A DNA stretch of 51,156 nt from Promethearchaeia archaeon (GCA_029856155.1 JAHQWL010000029.1:1-51156); one strand, 5' to 3'; positions 40,274 to 49,967 are shown, counted from the stretch's first letter. Numbers and translations are program-made. Notes: generated from the letters alone by a model not told the origin.

Positions 40274-41134
40274 CTATTTGCAATCTTCTGCTTCCTGGAG
40301 ATTAATTTTTAAGAAAGCCTCTTCTTGGAGATTACGGTTGTCTGATTTTACAGATCGATTGACTTGATGCAAGTGTTTCATAGCATCGTTTTTTCCTTCT
40401 TTAATGTTTTCAATTAGTTCTTTCTTACTGAACCCCCCAGATATCACTAGAGCGGTCTGAAAAGTATGTTCCGGTTCTAAAGTCATAAACTCAATCTGTA
40501 ACGCCGATAAAATCTCTCCTCTTCCTTTATGTAGCGTATTAGAAAGATTCATTTTACTTTGATCGATTTTAAAATCTTTGGTCAAACATGATTCGTAGTT
40601 CGTTGATTTAGATATGGGAGAAAAGCCCCCATATAAACCTGTATCATCATATTGATATATTATATCATTTTCTTCATCGTAACCAGACAAATCATTGTCA
40701 TATCCTGCAAGTCCATTTATATCAAAGTCAAAAACAAAATACATCGAAAAGTCTTTCATAGCAAAATCGGAAATATTTTTTATAGTAAAAAAAGTACCAA
40801 TATACGGTACTTTAGGAGGATTGAAAATGTCTTTGTACACACGTACAAATTGCTTTTTCACTAAGGATATTGGTTGAATTTTCTTTTGTTGAACCAGTTT
40901 CTTAAGATACTCTGTTATATTGAAATCTAAAGTAATCCTACTTAATGCTGTTCCAGCTTTAGTATTAACCATATTGTATATTGGAGTAGGCTCAATATTT
41001 TTTAGGATAATTGGGATTGAACCAATTTTTTCCCCTTCTAGTGTAAAACTGAACCAAGGACCTGTTAATTCTTGTTCACTTAGATAAATAAGATATTTTC
41101 CTTTGTATGTCAGCTCTTTAATTGAAAATCCCAT
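40274..41134 (-). CDS. hypothetical beta-sandwich protein; the real 5' end is probably further upstream
   Basis: 286-aa ORF (FTIKNISD...YFVFDFDING...LEPEHTFQTALVISGG). The frame is open for 18 more codons upstream, up to a TAG at 41189-41191. Confidence 0.75.
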   Translation of the reverse strand: MGFSIKELTYKGKYLIYLSEQELTGPWFSFTLEGEKIGSIPIILKNIEPTPIYNMVNTKAGTALSRITLDFNITEYLKKLVQQKKIQPISLVKKQFVRVYKDIFNPPKVPYIGTFFTIKNISDFAMKDFSMYFVFDFDINGLAGYDNDLSGYDEENDIIYQYDDTGLYGGFSPISKSTNYESCLTKDFKIDQSKMNLSNTLHKGRGEILSALQIEFMTLEPEHTFQTALVISGGFSKKELIENIKEGKNDAMKHLHQVNRSVKSDNRNLQEEAFLKINLQEAEDCK

Positions 41135-41328
41135 GACGTATCCGCGGCTGTTTCTTGCTTCAATTGAAGAAATTGAAGATTCAAGTGGCTAAAACATCAT
41201 GCCAAATAATTTTAAGAACTATTTTTATTTAACCTCCTTCAATTTTTTTTAAATTAATTATAAACTTGTTATAGTATACCAATTATTTAAAAAATTTTGA
41301 ACTCATAAAAAAGTTTGTAATGAGAAGA

Positions 41329-42309
41329 TTAAAGTGTTTCTACAACTCTATACGCTATATATAAAAAGCCATCATTAACATTCTCACCTGTTAGTGCTGA
41401 TGTGAGAATGTAATGGAAATCATATTTTTTAGCATATTCCTTAACTTCTTCTTCACTTATAACAATTTCATTAGTCAAATCGGATTTGTTTCCAACTATG
41501 ATAGTGGGAATATTATGCTTCACCGATTTTTGAATATCATTATACCAATTCTCAATACTATTCAAGTGATCAGAACGAGTTCTATCTACTACTATTAAAG
41601 CAGCATTAGCGCCATTATAAAATCTTGCTCTATTCAAATTAAAATGCTGTTGACCTCCAATATCCCATATAATAAAGTTCATCTTAGTATTTTCACTTAG
41701 ATGAATTGTTTTTTTACTAATTTGGACACCTAATGTGGAGATATAATCTGTCTCAAATCTATTTTCCACAAATCTCCTTATTAGTGATGTCTTTCCGACT
41801 TTAAAATCTCCACATATTACTAATTTGTTCGAATATTCTCCCGCTAAATTTGGAAGTTGACCTCCTCGAGTTTTTGACAACGCTTTTATTATTTCTGGGA
41901 TCTTTGGAGATACATCTTCATTTCCGTCTAAAACTAGTTCAATTTTAGAAGCGATATGTTCAGAATATACTTTTAATTCAATATCCGTTGTTGATTGATC
42001 TGCTACTGTGGTTAATATTGAATTTGGACCCATAGAACTAAACACAAACTTTTTATTTCCCGTTGAAGTAATATTGAAAAAGCTACCTGTTGTTCCAAAT
42101 TCAGTTTTAATTCTGTCTATATATGTGTCGAGTATAGCCGATAGTGCTCCAATTATAGCATCTGATTCCTCCTCATTTTCTTGTTTAGATTCTGAAGCTA
42201 TAATAAAACCATCTCTATCGCATATAGCAACGCCTAAAATCCCTTCGACTTCGTTGAAATAATTTTTTATAATCTCTTTTAGCAGCTTAGTACTGGGAAG
42301 CTTTTCCAT
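41329..42309 (-). CDS. roadblock domain - Ras-superfamily (Rab-like) small GTPase fusion
   Basis: N-terminal roadblock (VAICDRDGFIIAS), G1 GDFKVGKTS, G2 YISTLG, G3 WDIGGQ, G4 NKSD and G5 TSAL. Confidence 0.92.
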   Translation of the reverse strand: MEKLPSTKLLKEIIKNYFNEVEGILGVAICDRDGFIIASESKQENEEESDAIIGALSAILDTYIDRIKTEFGTTGSFFNITSTGNKKFVFSSMGPNSILTTVADQSTTDIELKVYSEHIASKIELVLDGNEDVSPKIPEIIKALSKTRGGQLPNLAGEYSNKLVICGDFKVGKTSLIRRFVENRFETDYISTLGVQISKKTIHLSENTKMNFIIWDIGGQQHFNLNRARFYNGANAALIVVDRTRSDHLNSIENWYNDIQKSVKHNIPTIIVGNKSDLTNEIVISEEEVKEYAKKYDFHYILTSALTGENVNDGFLYIAYRVVETL

Positions 42310-42449
42310 GGCTATTCATTGTTAAATTTTAATTTAATAATATTACGTTGGAAATATAAATATGAGTATTTAGGTAATATTAAAGTCATATTTACAACCA
42401 CATATACGTGCCATATTGTTTTATATTTATTTTTTAACTTCATTCATTT

Positions 42450-42617
42450 ATGATAGAAACTTCATCCCCCGATCCAGATATGTTGAGATATGAGGAAAGT
42501 ATTGCCAAAATCTTAGATAGAGCAGTGAAACTCTTTAGAAGAACTAATCTTGAAGAACTCGCTGATAAATGGGACAGGATTTTAAAAACCTACGATTCAA
42601 AAAAAAGGAACCATTAA
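42450..42617 (+). CDS. short hypothetical ORF or gene remnant (55 aa)
   Basis: MIETSSPDPDMLRYEESIAKILDRAVKLFRRTNLEELADKWDRILKTYDSKKRNH*. Helical, protein-like composition, filling an intergenic gap. Confidence 0.4.
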   Translation: MIETSSPDPDMLRYEESIAKILDRAVKLFRRTNLEELADKWDRILKTYDSKKRNH

Positions 42618-42633
42618 GACAAACACACACAAT

Positions 42634-44508
42634 CTAACTTTTCAAGGATTCCATATAATTCAAAATATGCTTTTGGTTATCAACTGAAATTTGATATAAA
42701 TCAAAAATTAATGAATCAATTTTTCTCTCGAGATCTTTAATTTCATTTTTTTCCATTAAGATTACTTTTACTAATTCCTTAATTTTTTTAGCCTTTTCTT
42801 TTTCCTCTTTAGATATGGGGATCTTAATAGGAAGATCTTTTATTTTTTCAATTAAAATTCTTGGAAATATTGTTTTATACGTTCCAAATGATTTAATGAA
42901 GTAATATGATAATAAGGTGGAATTAATAATTCCTAATAGATAAAGAATATTAAATTCAGGAATAGAAGATTTTTCTATTTTTAAATTATAAAATGACTGA
43001 GATGTTAGAGATAAATTCTCATCATAAGTCGCACAAATTTTGTTATTTTGGCTTATTTGTCGAATGATAATCCGATCTTCATAATTAGTAAAATCCTTAT
43101 AATTTATTCCTATTTTCGTTGTATCAATATATTTATATTGAGATTTATTATAACGTCTAATTGAGTGTAGGTACAGTTTGAAATTACTTTTTAACCTTTT
43201 GTGGGGTAATGATTTGTAAATAATGTTCTCAATATTGTGTTTATTTAAAGGCGAGTTGCATACGGGACATTTTAATATTTTTTTAGGAATTGGTAAATAT
43301 TTATTGCAGGATTCACAGAATATTATTTCTCCTCTTTTAGTTAACTCAACTCCCCGATTTAAAAGGAATTGAATACCATTTTTTTTAGGTAAATCTTTTA
43401 GTTTGGGGAATTTTGAATTTAAATGGTCAAGAATTAAAATATCCATATCATTTAAATGCACTAAAAATTTATAACCCCATTTTTCAATGATGTTTTGAGG
43501 GATTAGGTTTTCTTGTTGATTTTTTATTTTGATTTTGACTTGGTTTTTATTTCTCTCTAATGCATTGTCTTCTTTCTCTAAGATGATAATAATATTTGAA
43601 ACGACAGGATCATTAAATTTTGGGCCTGTATAATAAATTTCTCTGATCTTTGTATTATTATATATATATTTTCTAATAACGGATCGATTAGAAAGAGCCA
43701 GTAATGAATCTGGAACAATAAACCCGAATAAACCTTGATTTTTTAAAAATTTTAATCCAATTTCTATAAATATCTGATAATAATCATATTGACCTTTATT
43801 TGTTTCATAATTGCCATTTTCAATAATCTGTTTTTGATTAATTAGAATATCTCTAATAAATAAATAAGGAGGATTTCCTACAACATAATTATACTTTTCA
43901 AGAGTATCAATTGTTAGTGTGTTAAAATTATTTATATTGAATAATGGTAATTGATAATTAGGATCTATTTTTCGAATTAATTGCAAAATATCAAATAATA
44001 TATAGTGAATATTAATCTGACATAAAATACAAGCAGTTCGATTAACATCTATCCCATAAATATTATTTTTAATCCTTTCAATTACTATTTTAGCTTCCTC
44101 AACAGTAAATTCCGAAACTCCTTTCCGATCATAAATTTTAAGGTATCTTTTAATCAACCTTCTAATCGCTTGGATAAGAAAACTTCCAGAACCACAACTT
44201 ATATCAATTAATGTTTTAGTTTCAATCTCATTAAAATAATCATAACCTACTCCATCCAAAATATATTCAACTACCGAAAAAGGAGTATAAAATTCGCCTA
44301 ATTTCTTTTTCTCCTTATGCTTTCGCAGATTTTCATATAAACTAATAAAAATGTCGTAGTTTAGACCGATTTTATTTAATAAACTTAGATTTTCAATAAC
44401 CTTATCGATAAAATCTTCCTCATTATGATTATCTATACCTGACTTATAAGAATTCTTTAAATTTCGAATGATGTTTTCCTTATTCAGATAATCAATGAAA
44501 TCTAGCAT
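42634..44508 (-). CDS. N6-adenine DNA methyltransferase (gamma class, Eco57I/TaqI-like) with target-recognition domain
   Basis: GEFYTP, DISCGSGSFL, YGIDVN, VVGNPPY and YLLGIINSTLL. Internal CESC...CPVC. Confidence 0.9.
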   Translation of the reverse strand: MLDFIDYLNKENIIRNLKNSYKSGIDNHNEEDFIDKVIENLSLLNKIGLNYDIFISLYENLRKHKEKKKLGEFYTPFSVVEYILDGVGYDYFNEIETKTLIDISCGSGSFLIQAIRRLIKRYLKIYDRKGVSEFTVEEAKIVIERIKNNIYGIDVNRTACILCQINIHYILFDILQLIRKIDPNYQLPLFNINNFNTLTIDTLEKYNYVVGNPPYLFIRDILINQKQIIENGNYETNKGQYDYYQIFIEIGLKFLKNQGLFGFIVPDSLLALSNRSVIRKYIYNNTKIREIYYTGPKFNDPVVSNIIIILEKEDNALERNKNQVKIKIKNQQENLIPQNIIEKWGYKFLVHLNDMDILILDHLNSKFPKLKDLPKKNGIQFLLNRGVELTKRGEIIFCESCNKYLPIPKKILKCPVCNSPLNKHNIENIIYKSLPHKRLKSNFKLYLHSIRRYNKSQYKYIDTTKIGINYKDFTNYEDRIIIRQISQNNKICATYDENLSLTSQSFYNLKIEKSSIPEFNILYLLGIINSTLLSYYFIKSFGTYKTIFPRILIEKIKDLPIKIPISKEEKEKAKKIKELVKVILMEKNEIKDLERKIDSLIFDLYQISVDNQKHILNYMESLKS

Positions 44509-44722
44509 AAATTATTGGAACTTGATAGCATTTTTTAAAATTAAATCATATGAGTATTTCTTTTTTTTTATTTATAATTTAATAGTATCAATTATATATT
44601 GAGACAATGGTATAAAATTGAAGATGTAAGGAATTGATAAATAGACTTCTAAAATATAACAAATTTAAATAATATTGAACTATTAGTTTTTTGTTAGAGT
44701 AAAAGGAATTCATAGAAGAATA

Positions 44723-45823
44723 ATGATTATCGACATATTTGTGATTATAGCTTCAATAATAATTTCTGTATTCGATATTACTTATATTTACTATAAAAGA
44801 GAAAATTTTGGTAACAAAATTAATTTATATTTAAACAGTCTAATCTATTTATTTTTTGGAATATTCTTTTTTACATCTTTCATATTATCAACTGAGACTT
44901 ATTTTTCAGAAACTACTACATTAGTTCTTTGGAATCTCTCAATAATTTTTTGGGTATTTTCTCTAAGTTTGTTAAGTATTATTCATAGATTTATAATTAA
45001 TTTTAAGAAGAAAGTAGTTTTTTCAACTTTTTTTTATTCACTTATTATAGGGATAATTTTGGGTTTAATCTTCTACTCTCAAGCATTTACAATTAACTCT
45101 AATAGTGGAATTTATTCTTATGGATTTAAAAATATACTGTTGTTACTTTTCCTGTTATGTTATAACTTTATAATAATAGGCATTTTTTGCTGTAATCTTA
45201 TAAAGTATTATTCCAATATCCGTGATGATAGATCGAGAAAGATGTTAATTAATCTTACTTCTCAATTTTCCATTATTATAATATTGTATTCAGTATACAT
45301 TCTCACTCAAAATATTATTTTTAGGTATTTCTATGAACTTATCTACTTAATTGGTATATCGTGTGCATCCTATTACATAATCAAAAAACCATTTTTCTTT
45401 ATTGGACTAACTAATAGGATCTATGATTTTATCATATTCCATCGAAGTGGAATTCTTTTATATTCATATAATTTTGAGACAGGGGTAGAAACTGATGATT
45501 CTCTTTTAAAAGGGTCAATATTAATTGGAATCAACCACATCCTTTCGAATTTGATTAATAAAAAGGATCAATTAGGGCTTATAAAAATGCAAAATAGAGA
45601 TATTATACTTGAATACGATATTAGTCATGGTTATGCTATATTATTAACTACTGATCATAAAAATGCGTATATTGATAAAGCTGTGAATAATTTTATGGTT
45701 AAATTTACGGGATTAAATAAAGAAAAACTGCAAAAACTAACTGGTCTTATTGACATCTCAGAATTTAGAAATGCAAAAGATATTTTATTAGAATTTTTCG
45801 AACCTTTTATTATGAAAGGCTAA
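44723..45823 (+). CDS. multi-TM (about 7) membrane protein with C-terminal longin-like domain
   Basis: About 220 hydrophobic residues, then IIFHRSGILLYSYNF...ILIGINHILS...YAILLTT...ISEF. Confidence 0.8.
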   Translation: MIIDIFVIIASIIISVFDITYIYYKRENFGNKINLYLNSLIYLFFGIFFFTSFILSTETYFSETTTLVLWNLSIIFWVFSLSLLSIIHRFIINFKKKVVFSTFFYSLIIGIILGLIFYSQAFTINSNSGIYSYGFKNILLLLFLLCYNFIIIGIFCCNLIKYYSNIRDDRSRKMLINLTSQFSIIIILYSVYILTQNIIFRYFYELIYLIGISCASYYIIKKPFFFIGLTNRIYDFIIFHRSGILLYSYNFETGVETDDSLLKGSILIGINHILSNLINKKDQLGLIKMQNRDIILEYDISHGYAILLTTDHKNAYIDKAVNNFMVKFTGLNKEKLQKLTGLIDISEFRNAKDILLEFFEPFIMKG

Positions 45824-46012
45824 ATATATTTGTAATTTATTTTTTTTGAAAAAAATTTCAATTAACACTGTTTTTTTCAATTTATTTAGATATTATCACA
45901 AATAAAATAAAATTATATTTATGACTGTGTCTTCTAGATTCAATAACATACAATGGGTTAAAATTTTAATTATAGAAATCACAATATATGTAAAGACTTG
46001 TGAATAAATTCT

Positions 46013-47149
46013 ATGTTTAGCTTATTTTTAATGATATTTGGATACGTTTTTACTCTCTGTGTGAGTATATATACCTTGAATTTTATTTTTACTCATCCGG
46101 GTAAATACGGCATAAAATTCACAGCAATTTTAAATTTTTTAGCAATTTTAAATGCAGTTGTAATATATTCGACACTTTATATGTTGTCAGTACTAACTTT
46201 ATTTTCTGAAAGCATTAATATTTTGCTTTGGAAACTTTCCATTATATTCGGTTTTATCTCGTTATTTATTACTTCATTAATTTATACTTTTTTGAAAGAA
46301 TTTAAGAGGATTCCATATTTTCCTTTTCTTATTTTTACTATGCTTTTTGGTTTGTTAATAGGATCGTTTTTTTCACCGAATTCAGTCCAAATTTTGATTA
46401 ATTCTCTAAATTCTCCCCCTTTTTTAAATACAGATCTTTCTATAATAAATTTCAAATTTAATGTTTTAACTGGATTAATCATTGGAATTTTCCAAATTTC
46501 TTCTATGGGGTACTATTTCTTACTCTCTTATGTAATATATATTCGAGCAAGGAATAAAGAACTGGTAAAAGGTTTAATTGTCAATAATTTTATTCTTTTT
46601 ACTCCAATCTTAATGTACATTTTATATGTTACTTTTCAATTATCAATTTTCAGAGAATTGCACATGCTTTGTGTATGGATTAATGTCTTATTAATATGTT
46701 ATATCTTAGTAAAGAAACCCGAAATGTTTTCAGAATTAACTAATAAGCTATTTTATGTTAATATTTACCATAAATCAGGTATCTTATTATATTCTTATAA
46801 GTTTAGTACTAGTAATAATGAGATAGACTCAACTATATGGGGGAATATCCTTATTGGAATCAATCATATCCTCTCTGAATTTGTCGATCCAAAAGATCAA
46901 ATTGAAGTACTCCAGACGGATAACTCAGATATTATTGTAAACTATGATCAAGTAGGATTTGCAGTGGTATTAATAACAAATCATAAAAATGCTCTTTTGA
47001 AAAAATTAATGGAAACCTTTACAGTAGAATTTAAAGCTAAATACGAAAAAGAGTTAATTGAAATCCAAGATCTAAATAAATTAATTAACGTTTCAGAATT
47101 CAAAGAAACGAAAGATATTGTTGAGAAAACTTTCCAAATGTATCTTTAA
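46013..47149 (+). CDS. multi-TM (about 7) membrane protein with C-terminal longin-like domain (paralog)
   Basis: Same layout: IYHKSGILLYSYKF...ILIGINHILS...FAVVLIT...VSEF. Confidence 0.8.
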   Translation: MFSLFLMIFGYVFTLCVSIYTLNFIFTHPGKYGIKFTAILNFLAILNAVVIYSTLYMLSVLTLFSESINILLWKLSIIFGFISLFITSLIYTFLKEFKRIPYFPFLIFTMLFGLLIGSFFSPNSVQILINSLNSPPFLNTDLSIINFKFNVLTGLIIGIFQISSMGYYFLLSYVIYIRARNKELVKGLIVNNFILFTPILMYILYVTFQLSIFRELHMLCVWINVLLICYILVKKPEMFSELTNKLFYVNIYHKSGILLYSYKFSTSNNEIDSTIWGNILIGINHILSEFVDPKDQIEVLQTDNSDIIVNYDQVGFAVVLITNHKNALLKKLMETFTVEFKAKYEKELIEIQDLNKLINVSEFKETKDIVEKTFQMYL

Positions 47150-47260
47150 AATTTTTTTCAGCAAAATTGGACTATATAAATCTTATATGAATTATAAATG
47201 TTAATTTAATTAATAATTGAAATTTTATAATATTAAAAATAAAATTGGTGTTAATAAAAG

Positions 47261-47866
47261 TTGTCTTTAAAATTTTGCCCTAAATGTGGCAGTGAATTAG
47301 AGCCAGATTCAATGTTTTGTGTATCATGTGGCGCGAATTTAGGCACCAGAAAAAATGTTGCAGAAACTACCTCTTACGAAACAGTTCCTGAAAAGAAAGC
47401 TCAACAAGCTAAAATTGCATCTGAAACTGTAGATTATGGAGATTTTTGGCCAAGACTTGTTGCATTGATTATTGACGGAATTATAATCGGAATAATTGGT
47501 TCAGTCCTCTCTTTAATAATCTTTGTTGCGTGGATACCATTTAATATTTTTAATCCACTTAGTGGAGGTTGGTGGAGTGTATCTTTTCCTTTCGATTGGT
47601 TAATAGGATTTATATACTCTTGGGCTCTTGAAACAAATAATCAGGGTCAGACGCTGGGGAAAATGGCTATGCATTTGAGAACCGTAGATGAGCATACTTT
47701 TGGTCCAGCAAGTTCTGGTCATTATGCTATAAACAATCTTTTAAAACCTTCTGGGTTATTAATTTTAGATTTAATTATTGGATTTCTGAAAAATTCTGGT
47801 GATCCTAAGAAGAGATACCGTATTATGCAAAATGTCTCTGAAACTGTAGTAATAAGGACAAATTAA
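47261..47866 (+). CDS. zinc-ribbon + RDD family membrane protein
   Basis: FCPKCG...FCVSCG, FWPRLVALIIDG, GQTLGKM and SETVVI. Confidence 0.88.
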   Translation: MSLKFCPKCGSELEPDSMFCVSCGANLGTRKNVAETTSYETVPEKKAQQAKIASETVDYGDFWPRLVALIIDGIIIGIIGSVLSLIIFVAWIPFNIFNPLSGGWWSVSFPFDWLIGFIYSWALETNNQGQTLGKMAMHLRTVDEHTFGPASSGHYAINNLLKPSGLLILDLIIGFLKNSGDPKKRYRIMQNVSETVVIRTN

Positions 47867-47992
47867 AAAATCTCATCTTTTTTTTATAACATAATCTTAA
47901 AATTTATTTTCTTTCTTTTAATTCATTAGAAAATTATTACTATCTAAAGATTTATAAAGCAATATTTTTATGAATAACGCGAGGTAATAAAA

Positions 47993-48202
47993 ATGGAAGT
48001 ATTAGAATATCAACAAGATACTGCTTGGGCAAGAGATTGGGGTGTTATAGTTGGGATTTTTGATACTATTGACTATCTAAATTCATTATTCAAAAAATTA
48101 GATGTCCCTTATTTAAGGGAAATACAACAAAAAATGCTAATTCTCAATCTTGAGAAATATGCTTGGTCCTTACAAAATTACATCATTGAGAAATATTCCT
48201 AA
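47993..48202 (+). CDS. small hypothetical protein (69 aa)
   Basis: GAGGT SD-like sequence upstream, a clean ORF, and a short downstream hairpin AGCTATA-TATT-TATAGCT. Confidence 0.75.
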   Translation: MEVLEYQQDTAWARDWGVIVGIFDTIDYLNSLFKKLDVPYLREIQQKMLILNLEKYAWSLQNYIIEKYS

Positions 48203-48304
48203 TTAGCTATATATTTATAGCTTAATCTATAGAGAATATATTGCATAATCATATTCTTATCCTTTAAATTAAAACGGTATCTTTACCGGGTACAGAAATA
48301 AATG

Positions 48305-49027
48305 TTAAAGATTAATAGATTTACTCTTTTTTTCTTTAAATTTGCGAAGGATTTCTATTATATTTACCCTTAACATTAGATATACCATAATGACAGTGAA
48401 ATATAAAGTTACTATACTAAATAACCAATTTTCACCTCCTAGAAACGTACAAATATTGAGTATATTGTAGGCAAAAATAAGCATTAATCCAAGTTTTCCA
48501 AACCATACCCAAAAAATTGTTTTTTTAATATCATATTTAATTAATCCTAAAGGAATCGTTATCATATCATCATTCAATGGTGTTAGTCCAAATAGATATA
48601 TGAGAAGTGGTGCAATTTTTGGATGATCGACTAAATACTTTTGATAAGTTTTTAGATTTTCAGTTCTATCAAAAGAAATAATTTCTGAAGCCCCTCTGCC
48701 AATAAAATATCCTGCCATTTCTCCTACGAGACATCCCAAGGATGCTATGAATCCCACTAAAAGAGGGATAAAAATATTTAACTGGCGAAAAGGCTCGGAA
48801 CTAAAACATACTACAAATGTATATGGAGTAGGAACCGGAAGTAAGTTTCCAATCATACAGACCCAAAAAGTAATTAAAAGACCAGAATATATATCTTGAA
48901 ATTGCGGATATCTTGAAATATTTTCAATAGCTTCTCTATGGGAAGTATTTACTAAAAGATCTAGTGATAGAATTGTTAAAAGTACAAATACAATAATAAA
49001 GACAACGTCAATCTTTTTCAGTTTCAA
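48305..49027 (-). CDS. VTT/DedA (SNARE-associated) family membrane protein
   Basis: LLPVPTPY, ASLGCLVGEMAGYFIGRG, FGLTPLNDD and GKL motifs. Confidence 0.85.
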   Translation of the reverse strand: MKLKKIDVVFIIVFVLLTILSLDLLVNTSHREAIENISRYPQFQDIYSGLLITFWVCMIGNLLPVPTPYTFVVCFSSEPFRQLNIFIPLLVGFIASLGCLVGEMAGYFIGRGASEIISFDRTENLKTYQKYLVDHPKIAPLLIYLFGLTPLNDDMITIPLGLIKYDIKKTIFWVWFGKLGLMLIFAYNILNICTFLGGENWLFSIVTLYFTVIMVYLMLRVNIIEILRKFKEKKSKSINL

Positions 49028-49099
49028 TTTAAATTACCTTTTTTTTTTGTAATTTAAGTAAAGGATTCAGAATTATATAGTTAATGATTTAGAAGTATT

Positions 49100-49252
49100 T
49101 TAAGACATTGAAAGTGCTATAAAAAGAATTGAGATTATAATACTAATAAAAAGCACAGTAATAAGTACGAAACCAAGAGTTTTCCTTTTCTTTTGCCTTT
49201 TTGTTATAGTGGTTTTGCGCTGTGGCGATGGCCTACGTCTAACATGAGACAT
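49100..49252 (-). CDS. small tail-anchored membrane protein (50 aa)
   Basis: MSHVRRRPSPQRKTTITKRQKKRKTLGFVLITVLFISIIISILFIALSMS*. It fills the gap between two co-oriented genes. Confidence 0.7.
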   Translation of the reverse strand: MSHVRRRPSPQRKTTITKRQKKRKTLGFVLITVLFISIIISILFIALSMS

Positions 49253-49283
49253 TATTATTTATTCAATTGAGAAAATTTTGAAT

Positions 49284-49967
49284 TTAATTATCTTGTTTAT
49301 CAGATTTTTGTAGAAGTTCAGTTAATACAACATTATTATATGAGAAAAGCATCCTTGGGATATAATTTTCAGCTAAATATGGTCCATCGTCAATTTCTTC
49401 TTTTAATGGGAAGAGCTTTTTTTCTTTTATTACTGACCCTAAATAATTTCTATCATATTCTCTATAGCCAAATACTTTATTTTTAACTATGACTATTTTT
49501 CTTTCGTATCCTTCTGGTATTCCAGCCTTCTCAAGAAGTAATAGTATCTTTTCTCTAGATAAAGATTTAATTAATTCTAAATCTTCCTCAGTATCTTTAT
49601 ATGCCGGGCCGGTTTGTGCTTCTACATAATCGGGTTCTTCTTCTAAACCGGCAGCTACTTTGAAACCTAAAGTTTCATTACCTTCATCGACTGCTGAAAT
49701 CTTAAAACCAATTCCATATCTATCCCTGATACTAGGTGCCATTTTAGCTGCTATGAATTTCATCCTCGTAGTTGTATTGCTTCCATGCCAAATCCAGACT
49801 CTATATCTAGATGGGTCAACAATAAGGAGTACGAAATCTGGATCTAATAATTCAGTTAATTCAATGTCTTCTTCTACTTCTAATTCTTGAAATTCATTCA
49901 ATTCATCATTATATTGGAAAACGATTATTTTCTCTTTTTCTTTTACTGGAAACTTTTCATCTGGCAT
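49284..49967 (-). CDS. single gelsolin/villin-domain protein with C-terminal extra domain
   Basis: LLDPDFVLLIVD...VWIWHGSNTTTRMKFIAAKMA...VDEGNETLGF matches a gelsolin repeat pattern. Confidence 0.82.
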   Translation of the reverse strand: MPDEKFPVKEKEKIIVFQYNDELNEFQELEVEEDIELTELLDPDFVLLIVDPSRYRVWIWHGSNTTTRMKFIAAKMAPSIRDRYGIGFKISAVDEGNETLGFKVAAGLEEEPDYVEAQTGPAYKDTEEDLELIKSLSREKILLLLEKAGIPEGYERKIVIVKNKVFGYREYDRNYLGSVIKEKKLFPLKEEIDDGPYLAENYIPRMLFSYNNVVLTELLQKSDKQDN

